Shown one piece after another: positions 37,937-47,940 of a stretch of 55,282 nucleotides of DNA (positions within the stretch are counted from its first letter, which is position 1; each line of letters starts with the position of its first letter). The notes beneath the pieces are model-generated. The model worked only from the letters and a program-made list of their open reading frames with translations. It was not told the DNA's origin and searched no databases. The DNA is taken from the IMG/VR virus record IMGVR_UViG_3300035659_000016, positions 1 to 55,282 of that record. One strand, given 5' to 3'. Made by a program: the position numbers and the translations under genes. Source of the stretch: a virus. Taxonomy: Duplodnaviria > Caudoviricetes.

Positions 37937-37966
37937 TTGCAAGGGCTCCCCGAAGGGTTGTATAAT
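37937..37966 (+). promoter_or_regulatory. Late-operon promoter TTGCAA-N18-TATAAT
   Basis: ttgcaagggctccccgaagggttgtataat upstream of terS. Confidence 0.7.
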
Positions 37967-38003
37967 GAGGTAGACTTAGCGGATGTAATCAAGGACACAC
38001 ACA

Positions 38004-38735
38004 ATGCGATCCAAACCAATAACCACAGCGGGTCGCCCACGCGACCAAGACCTAGAGGTACTCGACCCCGAACTCGAAGACGACGCTGTGCGAGAGGATG
38101 TCGCCGCGATGCCCGTAGCAGTCAATGGCCCGGCGCCCGCGACGACGTTGGCGGCAGTATTTCCCGTCGAGACCCTAACCGGTCGACATCAGCAAGGCAA
38201 GCCCCGCTCCGGAGCCAAGAACTTTCGCCATACCAAGTTCCAGCGTAAGATGGGGCGTGCCGAGCGACTTAAGAACGTCGCCGCCTGGTTGCACGCTGGG
38301 CTGACCCAAACCGAGATGGCAGAGCGTGCGGGTGTTAGTCAACCCATGATTAGCCTAGACCTAATACTCCTAGGCAAAAAGTTTCACGAACAGGCCGGAC
38401 AAAGCACGAGTGAATGGGTGGGCCGCGAGCTAGCCTACGCACTCGAACGCCGCGCCGAACACCTCGGGGTAGCACAAAAGGGTGCCGACCTCAACACAAT
38501 GAAGCACTACACTCTGGTCTTGAAGTGGACCGAGCGGGTCGCCATGTTGCTGGGCTTGGACGCGCCGAGCAAAGTCGACAACTGGACCGATAAGGACTGG
38601 AAGAAGTTCCTAGAAGAGAATGGACTAGAGGAAGCCGATGCTATCCGAGAGGCAGAGCTCATTATCAACTCAGCAAAAAGCGGGCCTGCTTTACTTGCAG
38701 CAGGTCCTGGCTCCGAAGCTACGCGAGTCGCTTGA
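38004..38735 (+). CDS. terS: Terminase small subunit (HTH)
   Basis: GLTQTEMAERAGVSQPMISLDL HTH; ERVAMLLGLDAP; precedes terL. Confidence 0.8.
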   Translation: MRSKPITTAGRPRDQDLEVLDPELEDDAVREDVAAMPVAVNGPAPATTLAAVFPVETLTGRHQQGKPRSGAKNFRHTKFQRKMGRAERLKNVAAWLHAGLTQTEMAERAGVSQPMISLDLILLGKKFHEQAGQSTSEWVGRELAYALERRAEHLGVAQKGADLNTMKHYTLVLKWTERVAMLLGLDAPSKVDNWTDKDWKKFLEENGLEEADAIREAELIINSAKSGPALLAAGPGSEATRVA

Positions 38736-40185
38736 CGGTCATAGTCGTAGCAAGTACGAGTTCCGCGGAGTCGCCTTCACCCTCCAGACCGCGCAGGACC
38801 GCGAAATCGTTCTTACAGGGGCCACGCGCACTGGCAAGTCTCTAGCCGCCCTTTACAAATTGCATCGCTGTGCACTCAAGTATCCAGGATTCAGAGGACT
38901 GATTATCCGTAAGACGCGCGAGTCGCTGAACGAGTCCGGCCTCCTGACGTTCGAGCGAGACGTACTTGGTAGTCGGTCCTCTCTCCTGAGCGGAGCGCGG
39001 CGCGCCAGTCGCCATTCGTACATCTACCCCAACGGGGCGGAGATTGTTGTTGGTGGGCTGGTAGCCAATGGTCGTGACCAGATAGCCAAGATCATGTCTA
39101 CGGAATACGACATGATCTTCGCACAAGAGTGCACCGAGCTAGCCGAGACCGAGTGGCAACAGTTGCTGACACGGCTGTCCAACTACAGGATGCCCTACCA
39201 GCAGATCATTGGTGACTGCAACCCGAACGTACCCACGCACTGGGTGCGACGGCGCTCCTTGAGCAAGCGCCTCCTGTTGTGGGAGATGTTCTTCCACGAC
39301 AACCCGCGCTGGTGGGTCATTGACGAGTTGGACCTCAGTGGTGAGGGCGGGCACTGGACAACTGAGGGCATGGCACTGATGGCCAACCTCAAGACCCTTA
39401 CTGGCCTATCACGTCAGCGACTAGTATTGGCACAGTGGGTGCAAGCAGAGGGCGCCATCTTCAACGAGGTCTGGGACGAGTCACGCGGTAGCATTAGCGA
39501 AGGCGCCCTCTTCGAAAAGGACGCCGGGGAGATCTATTGGGCCGCAGATGACGGGTACTCAGCGGGTTCGGCAGCCCTAACCGGTGGCCGCGACGCGGAG
39601 ACAGGATACTACGCCGCCGATGCGCATCCGCGCGTCTTCCTAGTCTGCCAGCTCAAGCCAGACGGTCACATCGACGTCCTGTGCGAAAGCTATGCGTGTC
39701 TGAAACTCACCGACGACCACATCGCCGAAGTCCTAGCGCTGCCGAAGACGTTGGAGGATGTGCAGACCCGGCTTCAGTCCAGCCCGCTACATGGTGACAA
39801 ATGGCTCGAAGCCAATCCCAACAAGGTGACGCAGGTGCGTGAGGTGCGGGACATGCACCCGGATTGGTTCTACGACGAGCCGACCATTGTCTCCTTTGGG
39901 CCCGGCAGCGCAGAGTTCAGGGGACGCCTTTACGCCGCGCAGCTGGTACCGCACCAATGTACCGAACGCGTGGACACATCACTACAAGAACTTCGGAGTT
40001 GGCTGTCCGCGGATGCCAACACCTTCCGGCGGATTAGAGTAAATCCGTCGTGTGTGAACTTACGAATGCAAATGGTAGAGTACTCTACCGACGAGGCCAC
40101 CCAAAAGCCACGCAAGGCGTTTGACGACGGGCCAGACGCCCTTCGTGGTCTGGTTTGGGTACTCAGAGGAATGGTTAATGCCTAA
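38638..40185 (+). CDS. terL: Terminase large subunit
   Basis: Walker A GATRTGKS, IIRKT..SL, Walker B MIFAQE, DCNP, DNP, nuclease WAADDG and DDGPDALR. Confidence 0.9.
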   Translation: MLSERQSSLSTQQKAGLLYLQQVLAPKLRESLDGHSRSKYEFRGVAFTLQTAQDREIVLTGATRTGKSLAALYKLHRCALKYPGFRGLIIRKTRESLNESGLLTFERDVLGSRSSLLSGARRASRHSYIYPNGAEIVVGGLVANGRDQIAKIMSTEYDMIFAQECTELAETEWQQLLTRLSNYRMPYQQIIGDCNPNVPTHWVRRRSLSKRLLLWEMFFHDNPRWWVIDELDLSGEGGHWTTEGMALMANLKTLTGLSRQRLVLAQWVQAEGAIFNEVWDESRGSISEGALFEKDAGEIYWAADDGYSAGSAALTGGRDAETGYYAADAHPRVFLVCQLKPDGHIDVLCESYACLKLTDDHIAEVLALPKTLEDVQTRLQSSPLHGDKWLEANPNKVTQVREVRDMHPDWFYDEPTIVSFGPGSAEFRGRLYAAQLVPHQCTERVDTSLQELRSWLSADANTFRRIRVNPSCVNLRMQMVEYSTDEATQKPRKAFDDGPDALRGLVWVLRGMVNA

Positions 40186-41725
40186 GGCTAGAGGTAACGG
40201 CGGAGCGCCAGACACCCCAGCGCTCGAGCCCACCGTAGTGGACCTGGGGGTCGCCGAAGATCGTGATCTCCTAAGGCACTCCGTCCAGAGGGAAGACACC
40301 GTCAAGTACGAAGGTGGCGGTGTTGTTCAATTTTTGATTCCCGTCTATGGCGGGGCGTATTTGCTAGGTAGCCTTCCCACCGAACTCCCTCCGGTCTCCA
40401 CCCTGACGCCGTATAGTAAGGCTCGCGACACCCTTACTAGTCTGACTCCGCGTGCCGAGGGTATGTGGGCTAGTGCGATGCACGTGGCGATCGCCAAGCT
40501 GATCACACGCACGCCGCACTTTGAAGGTCCCGACCCCGACCAAGTCGAAGACATGAACATCCTCTTCCGGCTGTGCGACGGACGTCGTGGCTGGGCCAAG
40601 TTCCTAGAGCGACACCTACAGGACTTTTTCTTGTGCTCTAACGGGGCGTGGATTGAGATCGAGCGAGCAGCACGCCATCCCGCGGCACGCATCACCTCGT
40701 TCCACCACCTCGACTCTTTGCGTGTGTGGCGCACGGGTGATCCCGAGACGCCTGCCATCTATTGGGACTTGCGTGGTACCTACCACGAACTCAAATGGTG
40801 GGAATGCATCAACATTACCGACCTCGAGGCCCCACGTGCCGGCTGGTGGTACGGGGGTGAGTGTGCTGCAGAGCGTGCCTACCGCGACATCCGCGCCGTC
40901 GCTGCGATGACGCAGTTCTTCGACGAAGCTATCACGGGCGGCGGCTATACCTCAATCGAGTTCGTTCCAGGAATCACCGCCAAGCAAATTCTGGAAGCTA
41001 AGAAGGCGTCTTCTGAAGAACTCAAGTCCAAGGGCATCGTCTACATGAACGGCAAGCTGATCATACCGATCTACGGCGACGTGGTGCAGCCCGGATACTC
41101 TGTACAACTCAAAGGTCTGCCGCAAGACTGGGATCGCCGTATGGAAGACCAACTGCGACTGCTACGTTACGCCAAGGCTTTGGGCATTGTACCGCAAGAC
41201 TTGGACCCGCAGCTCACGGCACGCGGTGCCATGGGTGTGGGTAAGCAGGCGGTCATTTTGGACGAAAATGAGAAGGGCTACGGCTCTGGAACATTCGAGC
41301 AGAAGTTACTATCCGCGTTCAATCTGATGGTGTTGCCTAGCAAGGTCACGATGACCCTTACAGCCACGGACCTGCGGGAAGACGAACAGAAAGGTCGCAA
41401 TGCCCTGACCCGTTCGCAGGAGCTGAAAGCCTACGTCGACGCGCGGGTATTGACGCCCGAGGCAGCGCTCTACGTGGCTATCACACGCGGCGATTTGCCA
41501 CGCGAACTAGCACAACCAAAGGCCCCTGTGCAAGCCAGCCTTACGGTAAATCAAAAGCCGGAGAGCAACGAGCCGGAACTGCACTTTGACGCCGATTTGA
41601 TGCACCGTTCGACGCCCGCGACACAGCCCGACGGCCAACCAGCGCCTACACAGGGCGGGGCACGACCAAGTGCTGCAGTGGCTGGAAGGCGACCGCGTAG
41701 TCCTGATCACGTACGTCGCACTTAG
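40178..41725 (+). CDS. Portal protein
   Basis: Follows terL; DFFLCSNGAWIEIER HK97-portal-like motif; ~515 aa. Confidence 0.8.
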   Translation: MPKARGNGGAPDTPALEPTVVDLGVAEDRDLLRHSVQREDTVKYEGGGVVQFLIPVYGGAYLLGSLPTELPPVSTLTPYSKARDTLTSLTPRAEGMWASAMHVAIAKLITRTPHFEGPDPDQVEDMNILFRLCDGRRGWAKFLERHLQDFFLCSNGAWIEIERAARHPAARITSFHHLDSLRVWRTGDPETPAIYWDLRGTYHELKWWECINITDLEAPRAGWWYGGECAAERAYRDIRAVAAMTQFFDEAITGGGYTSIEFVPGITAKQILEAKKASSEELKSKGIVYMNGKLIIPIYGDVVQPGYSVQLKGLPQDWDRRMEDQLRLLRYAKALGIVPQDLDPQLTARGAMGVGKQAVILDENEKGYGSGTFEQKLLSAFNLMVLPSKVTMTLTATDLREDEQKGRNALTRSQELKAYVDARVLTPEAALYVAITRGDLPRELAQPKAPVQASLTVNQKPESNEPELHFDADLMHRSTPATQPDGQPAPTQGGARPSAAVAGRRPRSPDHVRRT

Positions 41726-41764
41726 CCACCCAGCAACTAACAGATGACCGATGACCGATGACCG

Positions 41765-42229
41765 ATGATACGAGTCATTCTACCCAACCAATGCGTCCTG
41801 TCACAAGAGATGGTAGACGAACTGCATAGTGAGATGCAGCGTATCGCCGCTCTGATGTCTGTGGACTTGCGAGAGCCAGCCTCGACTTGGGCCGAGCGAG
41901 TGGAGTTCATCATCGACCATCCCGATCCGTGGGCCGTGCGAGTGTATACGGAGAACGCGATTTACAACTGGGTGAACGATGGTACTGCACTACACGACAT
42001 CCCCATAACACCCCACGCGTTGCGCTTTTTCACCGGAGGCACGCCGAAGACGCAACCCATGTCGTTGTCCGCGGGCTCAGGGAGCATCGGCACTACCGAA
42101 GTTATCAGGGGCCACGTACAGCAGAGTATCACCGCACGCCACTTTGATGAAGTCGTCGCTACCAAGTGGGAGTCGCAAATCGATGACTTGCTCCAGATAG
42201 TCGTCGATCGCACAGCGCCACAAGACTAA
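41765..42229 (+). CDS. HK97 gp10-like neck/minor virion protein
   Basis: IYNWVNDGTALHDI...ALRF resembles YA..VE.GT..H.I....ALRF. Confidence 0.5.
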   Translation: MIRVILPNQCVLSQEMVDELHSEMQRIAALMSVDLREPASTWAERVEFIIDHPDPWAVRVYTENAIYNWVNDGTALHDIPITPHALRFFTGGTPKTQPMSLSAGSGSIGTTEVIRGHVQQSITARHFDEVVATKWESQIDDLLQIVVDRTAPQD

Positions 42230-42249
42230 CCAGAGGAGACACCTTAACA

Positions 42250-42552
42250 ATGGACCTTACGCAACCGTTCTCTCAATGGCTCATCACACAGGTTGGGTTG
42301 GCTGGCATCGCCTCCGTCGCCTTGTGGCTGATGTCACGATTCTTCAATCAGATGGTCACTGTCACTGCCCTATTGGTAGACGTGGCCACCAAGTCGGCTG
42401 CCGCGATCGCGACGAGCACGGAGTTGCAACGTCAACTAGTGGAACTACTCAGCGACCTCAAGCCCATCATGCAGGGCTGTATTGTCGCTCAGCAACTATC
42501 GCGTGGTGGGCGCGAACCAAAGGAAGAGAGGGCGACGAATGAGTCAGGCTAG
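42250..42552 (+). CDS. Small membrane protein (holin-like)
   Basis: N-terminal TM helix plus coiled segment; GAGGAG RBS. Confidence 0.5.
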   Translation: MDLTQPFSQWLITQVGLAGIASVALWLMSRFFNQMVTVTALLVDVATKSAAAIATSTELQRQLVELLSDLKPIMQGCIVAQQLSRGGREPKEERATNESG

Positions 42553-42727
42553 GAAGTTACGGCGGCAGTTAGAACGGGTTCGACAACAGTCCATGAAGCA
42601 GCACCTACGCAAGCAGCAGCAGCAGGCTCAGCGACAGCCCACGGCGATTGTAGTGCCAGACAGACACGACGGACCAAAGATATGGCCCACGGGTGGTAGC
42701 GATGGCTCGTGGGGTGCTGGAGAATAA
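42539..42727 (+). CDS. Small basic Gln-rich protein
   Basis: MSQARKLRRQLER...; tiles the operon. Confidence 0.45.
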   Translation: MSQARKLRRQLERVRQQSMKQHLRKQQQQAQRQPTAIVVPDRHDGPKIWPTGGSDGSWGAGE

Positions 42728-42730
42728 ACC

Positions 42731-44374
42731 ATGCCCTACTTGAAGGTCGGTAATTGCGTGTACAAAAAGAACCCAGATGGGTCGCGTGGCGAGAAGGTGG
42801 GGTGCACCTCCGGCGACATCAACAAGTACATGGCAGCCCTCCAAATGAATGCAAAGTCCGTAAGCGCCGCACCCGGTGGTGGTGCAATGCTTCACGGCCC
42901 GGGCTCGCTATTAGGTGTCCAGGGTCTCGCTGGTCAACCTGCCCCCAGAGGCCCCAGCAAGAAGCGAGTGCGGCGTAAGGAAGCACACCTGATGGACTGG
43001 CTTATGCCCAGTGAGGGTCACGGTGTCAAAGAGACACCGGCCGATTTAGCCCTGACCAAGGACGCTGGCGGTCGGTGGGTTTGGGTTATGTTTACGTCCA
43101 GTACCTTTGTGGACAGGGACGGTGACGTCCTTAGTAAGCGGGCTCAGGACGCCGATACCGACCATATGAATCGCACCAAGGAGTTCGGGAAGCTGGTGTG
43201 GTGGCACGTGGGCACACCGACAAATGAGGACCGCTATCCCACGACCCCGCAGTTGATCCTAGGGGATTGTCTCTTCTCCGCTATGCACGGGAAGATTCGG
43301 GTCGAAGCCGGACACTTCCGCGACGAGCGAGTAGGAGAGGCCTTTAACATACACTCGAAAGAGCTGTCGGCCAGCCTAGCTTTCGCATATCCGCTAACGG
43401 AGCCAGACGCGACAGGAACGTTTTGGGACATCCGCACGCTCGAGCGCTCCGTACTACCCAAGGAGCACGCTGCGAACGTTTTGGCGGGACTTTTCACTCA
43501 CAAGGAGAAACCTATGCAACTAGATGCAATGAAAACCAAGGAACTGGAAAAGCTGCTGGGCCCCACAGGGCCTGCGGTGGTCGAGAAGCTGCTCGCCGAT
43601 GCGGACCAGCGAGTCTTCTTGGCCAATCTTTTGCAGATCCGTAACAAAGAGGCTGCCGCGGCGGCCACGGCGGGACATGCACACTCGAACTTCGCACACC
43701 TCCACACCGTGAAGGGCACAGACGTGCCTTCGAGCCATGCACACAACGTCATGCACGACCATGCGTTCAAGGATGGCGAGGCGGCGGACGCACATGCACA
43801 TCCCGGGGAGCCACCGCTGATGCAGCATGACCACCCCATCGAAACACCAGCCGAAGAAGTGGCCGAGGAAGCCAAGGCCAAGGCCCTAGCAACCAAGGCC
43901 AAAGGCGCCAAGACCAAGGAAGGGGAAGGCTTGGGTACAAAGGTGGTTCGCACAGCAGAGGAGTTGTTAGCCTGGCTTACCAAAGCCAAGGAAGCATCCA
44001 AGGACCCCGACCAGGCATTGCTCACTGCTCTCAGGATGGAAGAGTTCAACACTACGCTGTCCGAGATGCAGGCGGCCATGGAGACCCATGCGGAGCCCAC
44101 TCCTGAACTGGTGGCTTTCAAGGAAGCTCAGGTCGCACAGGGCAAGCGCATGGACACCATCATGACACTGCTCACAGAGTTGATGGGCGGTGTGCCAGAA
44201 GGTCTCCGCCCCGCACTACCTGGTGAACGCCCTAGCCAGAGCGACAAGACGGCGCTAGGTGGTGACAACACCCTGGTCGCTGCCATCGAAGCGGCACGGA
44301 CTAAAGAAGCCGATGGCGGCCCAGATCGCCTCACGGATTGGCTCTTGAACAACCCGTACAAACCGGCCGTCTAG
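42731..44374 (+). CDS. Prohead protease-scaffold fusion with nested scaffold start at 43514
   Basis: VDRDGDVL, WWH, LSASLAF, ERSVLP...AAN (HK97-type protease); AAGGAG-N6-ATG at 43514. Confidence 0.8.
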   Translation: MPYLKVGNCVYKKNPDGSRGEKVGCTSGDINKYMAALQMNAKSVSAAPGGGAMLHGPGSLLGVQGLAGQPAPRGPSKKRVRRKEAHLMDWLMPSEGHGVKETPADLALTKDAGGRWVWVMFTSSTFVDRDGDVLSKRAQDADTDHMNRTKEFGKLVWWHVGTPTNEDRYPTTPQLILGDCLFSAMHGKIRVEAGHFRDERVGEAFNIHSKELSASLAFAYPLTEPDATGTFWDIRTLERSVLPKEHAANVLAGLFTHKEKPMQLDAMKTKELEKLLGPTGPAVVEKLLADADQRVFLANLLQIRNKEAAAAATAGHAHSNFAHLHTVKGTDVPSSHAHNVMHDHAFKDGEAADAHAHPGEPPLMQHDHPIETPAEEVAEEAKAKALATKAKGAKTKEGEGLGTKVVRTAEELLAWLTKAKEASKDPDQALLTALRMEEFNTTLSEMQAAMETHAEPTPELVAFKEAQVAQGKRMDTIMTLLTELMGGVPEGLRPALPGERPSQSDKTALGGDNTLVAAIEAARTKEADGGPDRLTDWLLNNPYKPAV

Positions 44375-44407
44375 CACGGCCCATGAACTAGCTGTAGGAG
44401 AGAATCT

Positions 44408-45886
44408 ATGGTACAACCTTACCCACTGTCTAAGACCCAAGAGCAGGACGTACGGGCAAAGTTCGGCGAAGCGGCTCTGGACGCCCTCGTCGACGTACTC
44501 CTCTCTCGGGCTCAAGCCAAAACCAAGGCAGTCTCGGCAACCGCGAGCTATGCCTACCTCCACGGTCCTGGGTCGTTGCTGGGTGTTCTGGGCTTGCCCC
44601 AAGCGTTCCGCAACGCTATGATCCTACCCGTGAAGGGACTTCAAACTGAACTGCAGTACATGCGCTCGGACTTTGAGAACGAGCTCTTTACGATCATGAC
44701 AGGGCAGACGGCTAGTACGGGTACAGAGCCGACTGCGAACTGCATGGACAGCACAGAGCCCGGCGCCTTGAAGATCTGCAGTCAGGTCTGGCCCTTTGGT
44801 CGGTTGCAGAAGGACTCTCAGGTGCTCGATGTGACGATGACGAATCGCCTCATCAACCGTGGGGAGTTCATCGATCCCACGATCGTCGGCAACCCCTTCC
44901 AGGACCTGCTTCCCAAGGGCCTTCCGGTCAATCCGCTGGCGGCTTTCAAGGACGACGCTTCCAAAAAGTTGACCGAGCTCTTCGTGGCTATGTATCGTGA
45001 CTACGGCCACGTCAACTACGACGGCAACCCCGGGAACACTGGTGCAAGCACTGGTGGTTACCTTGAATGGAACGGGCTAGACCGCCTCTTCAACACCGGC
45101 TATCAGGACGCGATTTCAGGCAAGCCGTGTCCCGCAGCCGACAGCATGGTGCGCAGTTTCAACAATCTCCTGATGAACACAAACGCGTTGGCGTTGGTTC
45201 AAGAGATCAGTGAGATGATCCGCGCACAGAAGTATCTCGCGGAGAGAACAGGACAAGCGCCCGTGGAGTATGCCTTCAACATGCGCTACAGTGCGTTCCT
45301 CGTTCTCACCGAGGTGTGGCCGTGCGCCTACTTCACGGTCATGTGCACCAACTTGCAGACCGGCGCTCGGGACTTTGTGAATGCGGAGCGCCAGCTGCAA
45401 CTGCGCAACGAGATGCGTGAAGGAATGTACATCGTCACGGTCTTCGGGGACAAAATCCCCGTCATCATCGACGATTTCATCATCGAGAACAACCCACTCC
45501 CCGGTACGTTCCAATCCGACATCTACTTGCTGCCCAAGGTCGCTGGGGGCCGCCCGGCCACGTACTTCCAGTTCTTCAACTGGGATGGCCCGGCAGCCGC
45601 AGTCGAAATCGGCAACCTGTTAGCCCCACCTGGTACCTTCACTACAGCCGCGGGTGGGCGTTACTTGATGGTTAAGAAAATGCCCAACAACACCTGCGTG
45701 CAGGTTCAAGCCATCGAGAAGAAACGGCTCATTTGTGAAACGCCCTTCTTGGCGGCACGCCTTACCAACTGCCGCTACACCGTGACGATCCACGAGCGAG
45801 AGCCGCTGACAACCGCGCCGTACTTCGTAGACGGTGGCCAGTACTACAACTACCCACCGTACTTCTACCCCGCCTATCCTGGCTAA
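44408..45886 (+). CDS. Major capsid protein
   Basis: Follows protease/scaffold; G.......LEWNGL and IPVIIDDFI motifs typical of HK97-fold MCPs. Confidence 0.8.
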   Translation: MVQPYPLSKTQEQDVRAKFGEAALDALVDVLLSRAQAKTKAVSATASYAYLHGPGSLLGVLGLPQAFRNAMILPVKGLQTELQYMRSDFENELFTIMTGQTASTGTEPTANCMDSTEPGALKICSQVWPFGRLQKDSQVLDVTMTNRLINRGEFIDPTIVGNPFQDLLPKGLPVNPLAAFKDDASKKLTELFVAMYRDYGHVNYDGNPGNTGASTGGYLEWNGLDRLFNTGYQDAISGKPCPAADSMVRSFNNLLMNTNALALVQEISEMIRAQKYLAERTGQAPVEYAFNMRYSAFLVLTEVWPCAYFTVMCTNLQTGARDFVNAERQLQLRNEMREGMYIVTVFGDKIPVIIDDFIIENNPLPGTFQSDIYLLPKVAGGRPATYFQFFNWDGPAAAVEIGNLLAPPGTFTTAAGGRYLMVKKMPNNTCVQVQAIEKKRLICETPFLAARLTNCRYTVTIHEREPLTTAPYFVDGGQYYNYPPYFYPAYPG

Positions 45887-45962
45887 AAGGTAAAAGTAAA
45901 GGAGATCAGAACCAAAATGGGGGTTGCTCGACAAAGCAACCCCCATTAACCCAAAGGAGCAA

Positions 45963-47174
45963 ATGCAAGCCAAGCCGTGGGTCACAATAATCACCCCCGT
46001 AGCCGAGCCGCACGTGGTGCTACTGTCACAGGCCGTATCTTCAGTCGAGGCCCAGACGGTTGGGGGGTGGCAAGTTTTGATCGTTAACGACACAGGTCGC
46101 AAGCTAGACCCTATGCGACCCACAGACAGCCGGATCCAGATAGTGTCTACAAAGGGAGGCACTGGATCCGCACACTCCCGCAATGTGGGTGTGGACAAGG
46201 CGACTACGCCGTTTGTGGCCTTTTTGGACGCCGACGACCTCCTAGTACACACGGCACTTGAAGTTATGGTGCGGGGGTTCGCTTCGCCCCCAGACATCTC
46301 GTACACCTACGGAGACCATTTCGAGCTGACTGCGTCCAAAGAGGTCAAGTACTTCACGACATCATCGTATGATCGCGTAGAGATACTCAAGCACAGTCTT
46401 CATGCGGTCACTACACTCATTCCGAAATCTGTCGTTCTGGCCGCAGGGGGTTTTGACGAGCAATACAAAGGGTGGGAGGACTGGGAGTTCTATCTACGCC
46501 TAGCCCTCAAGGGGTACTGTGGTCTGAAGGTTCCGTCACCCACAATCGTCTACCGCCTGGCGAGCTCGCTCAACCGTGAACGCCACAACGCCGACGGGCC
46601 CGCACAACGAATGACTATTATCCGCAAGTACGCGGATTGGTTCGAAGGGAGGAAACAACCTATGGGATGCTGCCCCCAAGATCCAGAAGCGCTTAGGGTG
46701 GCGCAGGAAATGATTGACGCCCTGCCGAAGGCGAAGGGTGGCAAAGTACTACTGGAGTACATCGGGTCCGCAAAGGGCACAATACCCTTCAGAGGTCCCA
46801 GCGGTTCCACGTATGTTGGGGCACGCGATGGCATCAACGCTTTTGTTCAAGCGGACCCCAAGGACGTAGCACACCTAATCGACACACAGCAATGGCGCCA
46901 GTCAGTACAGGCGGCAACACCCACTGTCGAGCCCAAGCCCGCCGAAGTCGCCCTACCTGCCACCTTCAGTCGGCCCGAAGCCGCAGACGCCCCTCGCGCA
47001 GAGTTTACAGCGCAGCCCGGGGCTACAGTAGTCCCGCCGGGTGACGGAGAGATGCCACAGATGACATCACCGTTCTTGCCCGACGCTGTCGTAGTCACCC
47101 CGACGCCCAAGACCCGCACGCCTCGCAAACCCAAGGTGACGACGACAGTTGGAGGGCCCCCCGATGCTGTATGA
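45963..47174 (+). CDS. GT2 glycosyltransferase fused to a C-terminal small domain and Pro-rich tail
   Basis: VTIITP, LIVND, SRNVG, FLDADD, GGFDE...WEDWEFYLRL. Confidence 0.9.
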   Translation: MQAKPWVTIITPVAEPHVVLLSQAVSSVEAQTVGGWQVLIVNDTGRKLDPMRPTDSRIQIVSTKGGTGSAHSRNVGVDKATTPFVAFLDADDLLVHTALEVMVRGFASPPDISYTYGDHFELTASKEVKYFTTSSYDRVEILKHSLHAVTTLIPKSVVLAAGGFDEQYKGWEDWEFYLRLALKGYCGLKVPSPTIVYRLASSLNRERHNADGPAQRMTIIRKYADWFEGRKQPMGCCPQDPEALRVAQEMIDALPKAKGGKVLLEYIGSAKGTIPFRGPSGSTYVGARDGINAFVQADPKDVAHLIDTQQWRQSVQAATPTVEPKPAEVALPATFSRPEAADAPRAEFTAQPGATVVPPGDGEMPQMTSPFLPDAVVVTPTPKTRTPRKPKVTTTVGGPPDAV

Positions 47175-47940
47175 TTGCTTTCTTTTTAGCGGTCTAGGTG
47201 CCGAGCAAGTACTACTAGACATTCGCTTGCGGGAGCTGCACGACGTAGTCGAGCACTTTGTGCTAGTGGAGGCGACCAAGACCTTCACAGGCCAATCCAA
47301 GCCAATTTACATGGGCGATCACCACAAAGCCGTACGCAATTTGCGCTACGTGGTGGTCAACGATATGCCTGAAACCCAAAACCCGTGGGAGCGCGAAGCC
47401 TTCCAACGCAATGCGATCCTGCGGGGACTAACGGACGCGAAAGACGATGACTTGGCGCTGATGTCTGACGTGGACGAGATTCCGAGGGCCGAGACCCTAC
47501 CTCGCATTCTAGCACATGGAACCCTACTCGCCTTTGAGCAGGAGTTCTTCTACTACAATTTCAACACTCGAGCCAGAGGAAAGTGGTTAGGAACGCGGAT
47601 GTGTTCTGTGGGCGACTTGCGGCGCTGGTCACCCCAAGAAGCCCGCCGCCGCTTTACTGACAAGGTGGCTCGCGGAGGTTGGCACCTCACATGGTTCGGT
47701 AGTGACGAGGACACCGCCACGAAAATTAGGTCTTTTTCACACCAGGAATACAACAAGCCCGAGTTTACCGACCTGGAGCAGATTAGTGCACGCCGCCAGA
47801 AGGGGGCCGACCTGTTCGATCGACCCGTCATGCAGTTCGAACGAGTCAACGGCAACCTATCGCACCTACCACAGTGTGTTCAGTTACATCCTGATTGGTA
47901 CCAGCAGTTCTTTGCCACCCAAGCGGAAGGGGTGCCGTGA
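47164..47940 (+). CDS. GT17 (MGAT3-like beta-1,4-GlcNAc transferase) family protein
   Basis: YDCFLF, LDIRLREL..VV.HFVLVEA..TFTG..KP, WEREAFQRN, SDVDEIP, GGWHLTW, KIRSFSHQE. Confidence 0.9.
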   Translation: MLYDCFLFSGLGAEQVLLDIRLRELHDVVEHFVLVEATKTFTGQSKPIYMGDHHKAVRNLRYVVVNDMPETQNPWEREAFQRNAILRGLTDAKDDDLALMSDVDEIPRAETLPRILAHGTLLAFEQEFFYYNFNTRARGKWLGTRMCSVGDLRRWSPQEARRRFTDKVARGGWHLTWFGSDEDTATKIRSFSHQEYNKPEFTDLEQISARRQKGADLFDRPVMQFERVNGNLSHLPQCVQLHPDWYQQFFATQAEGVP

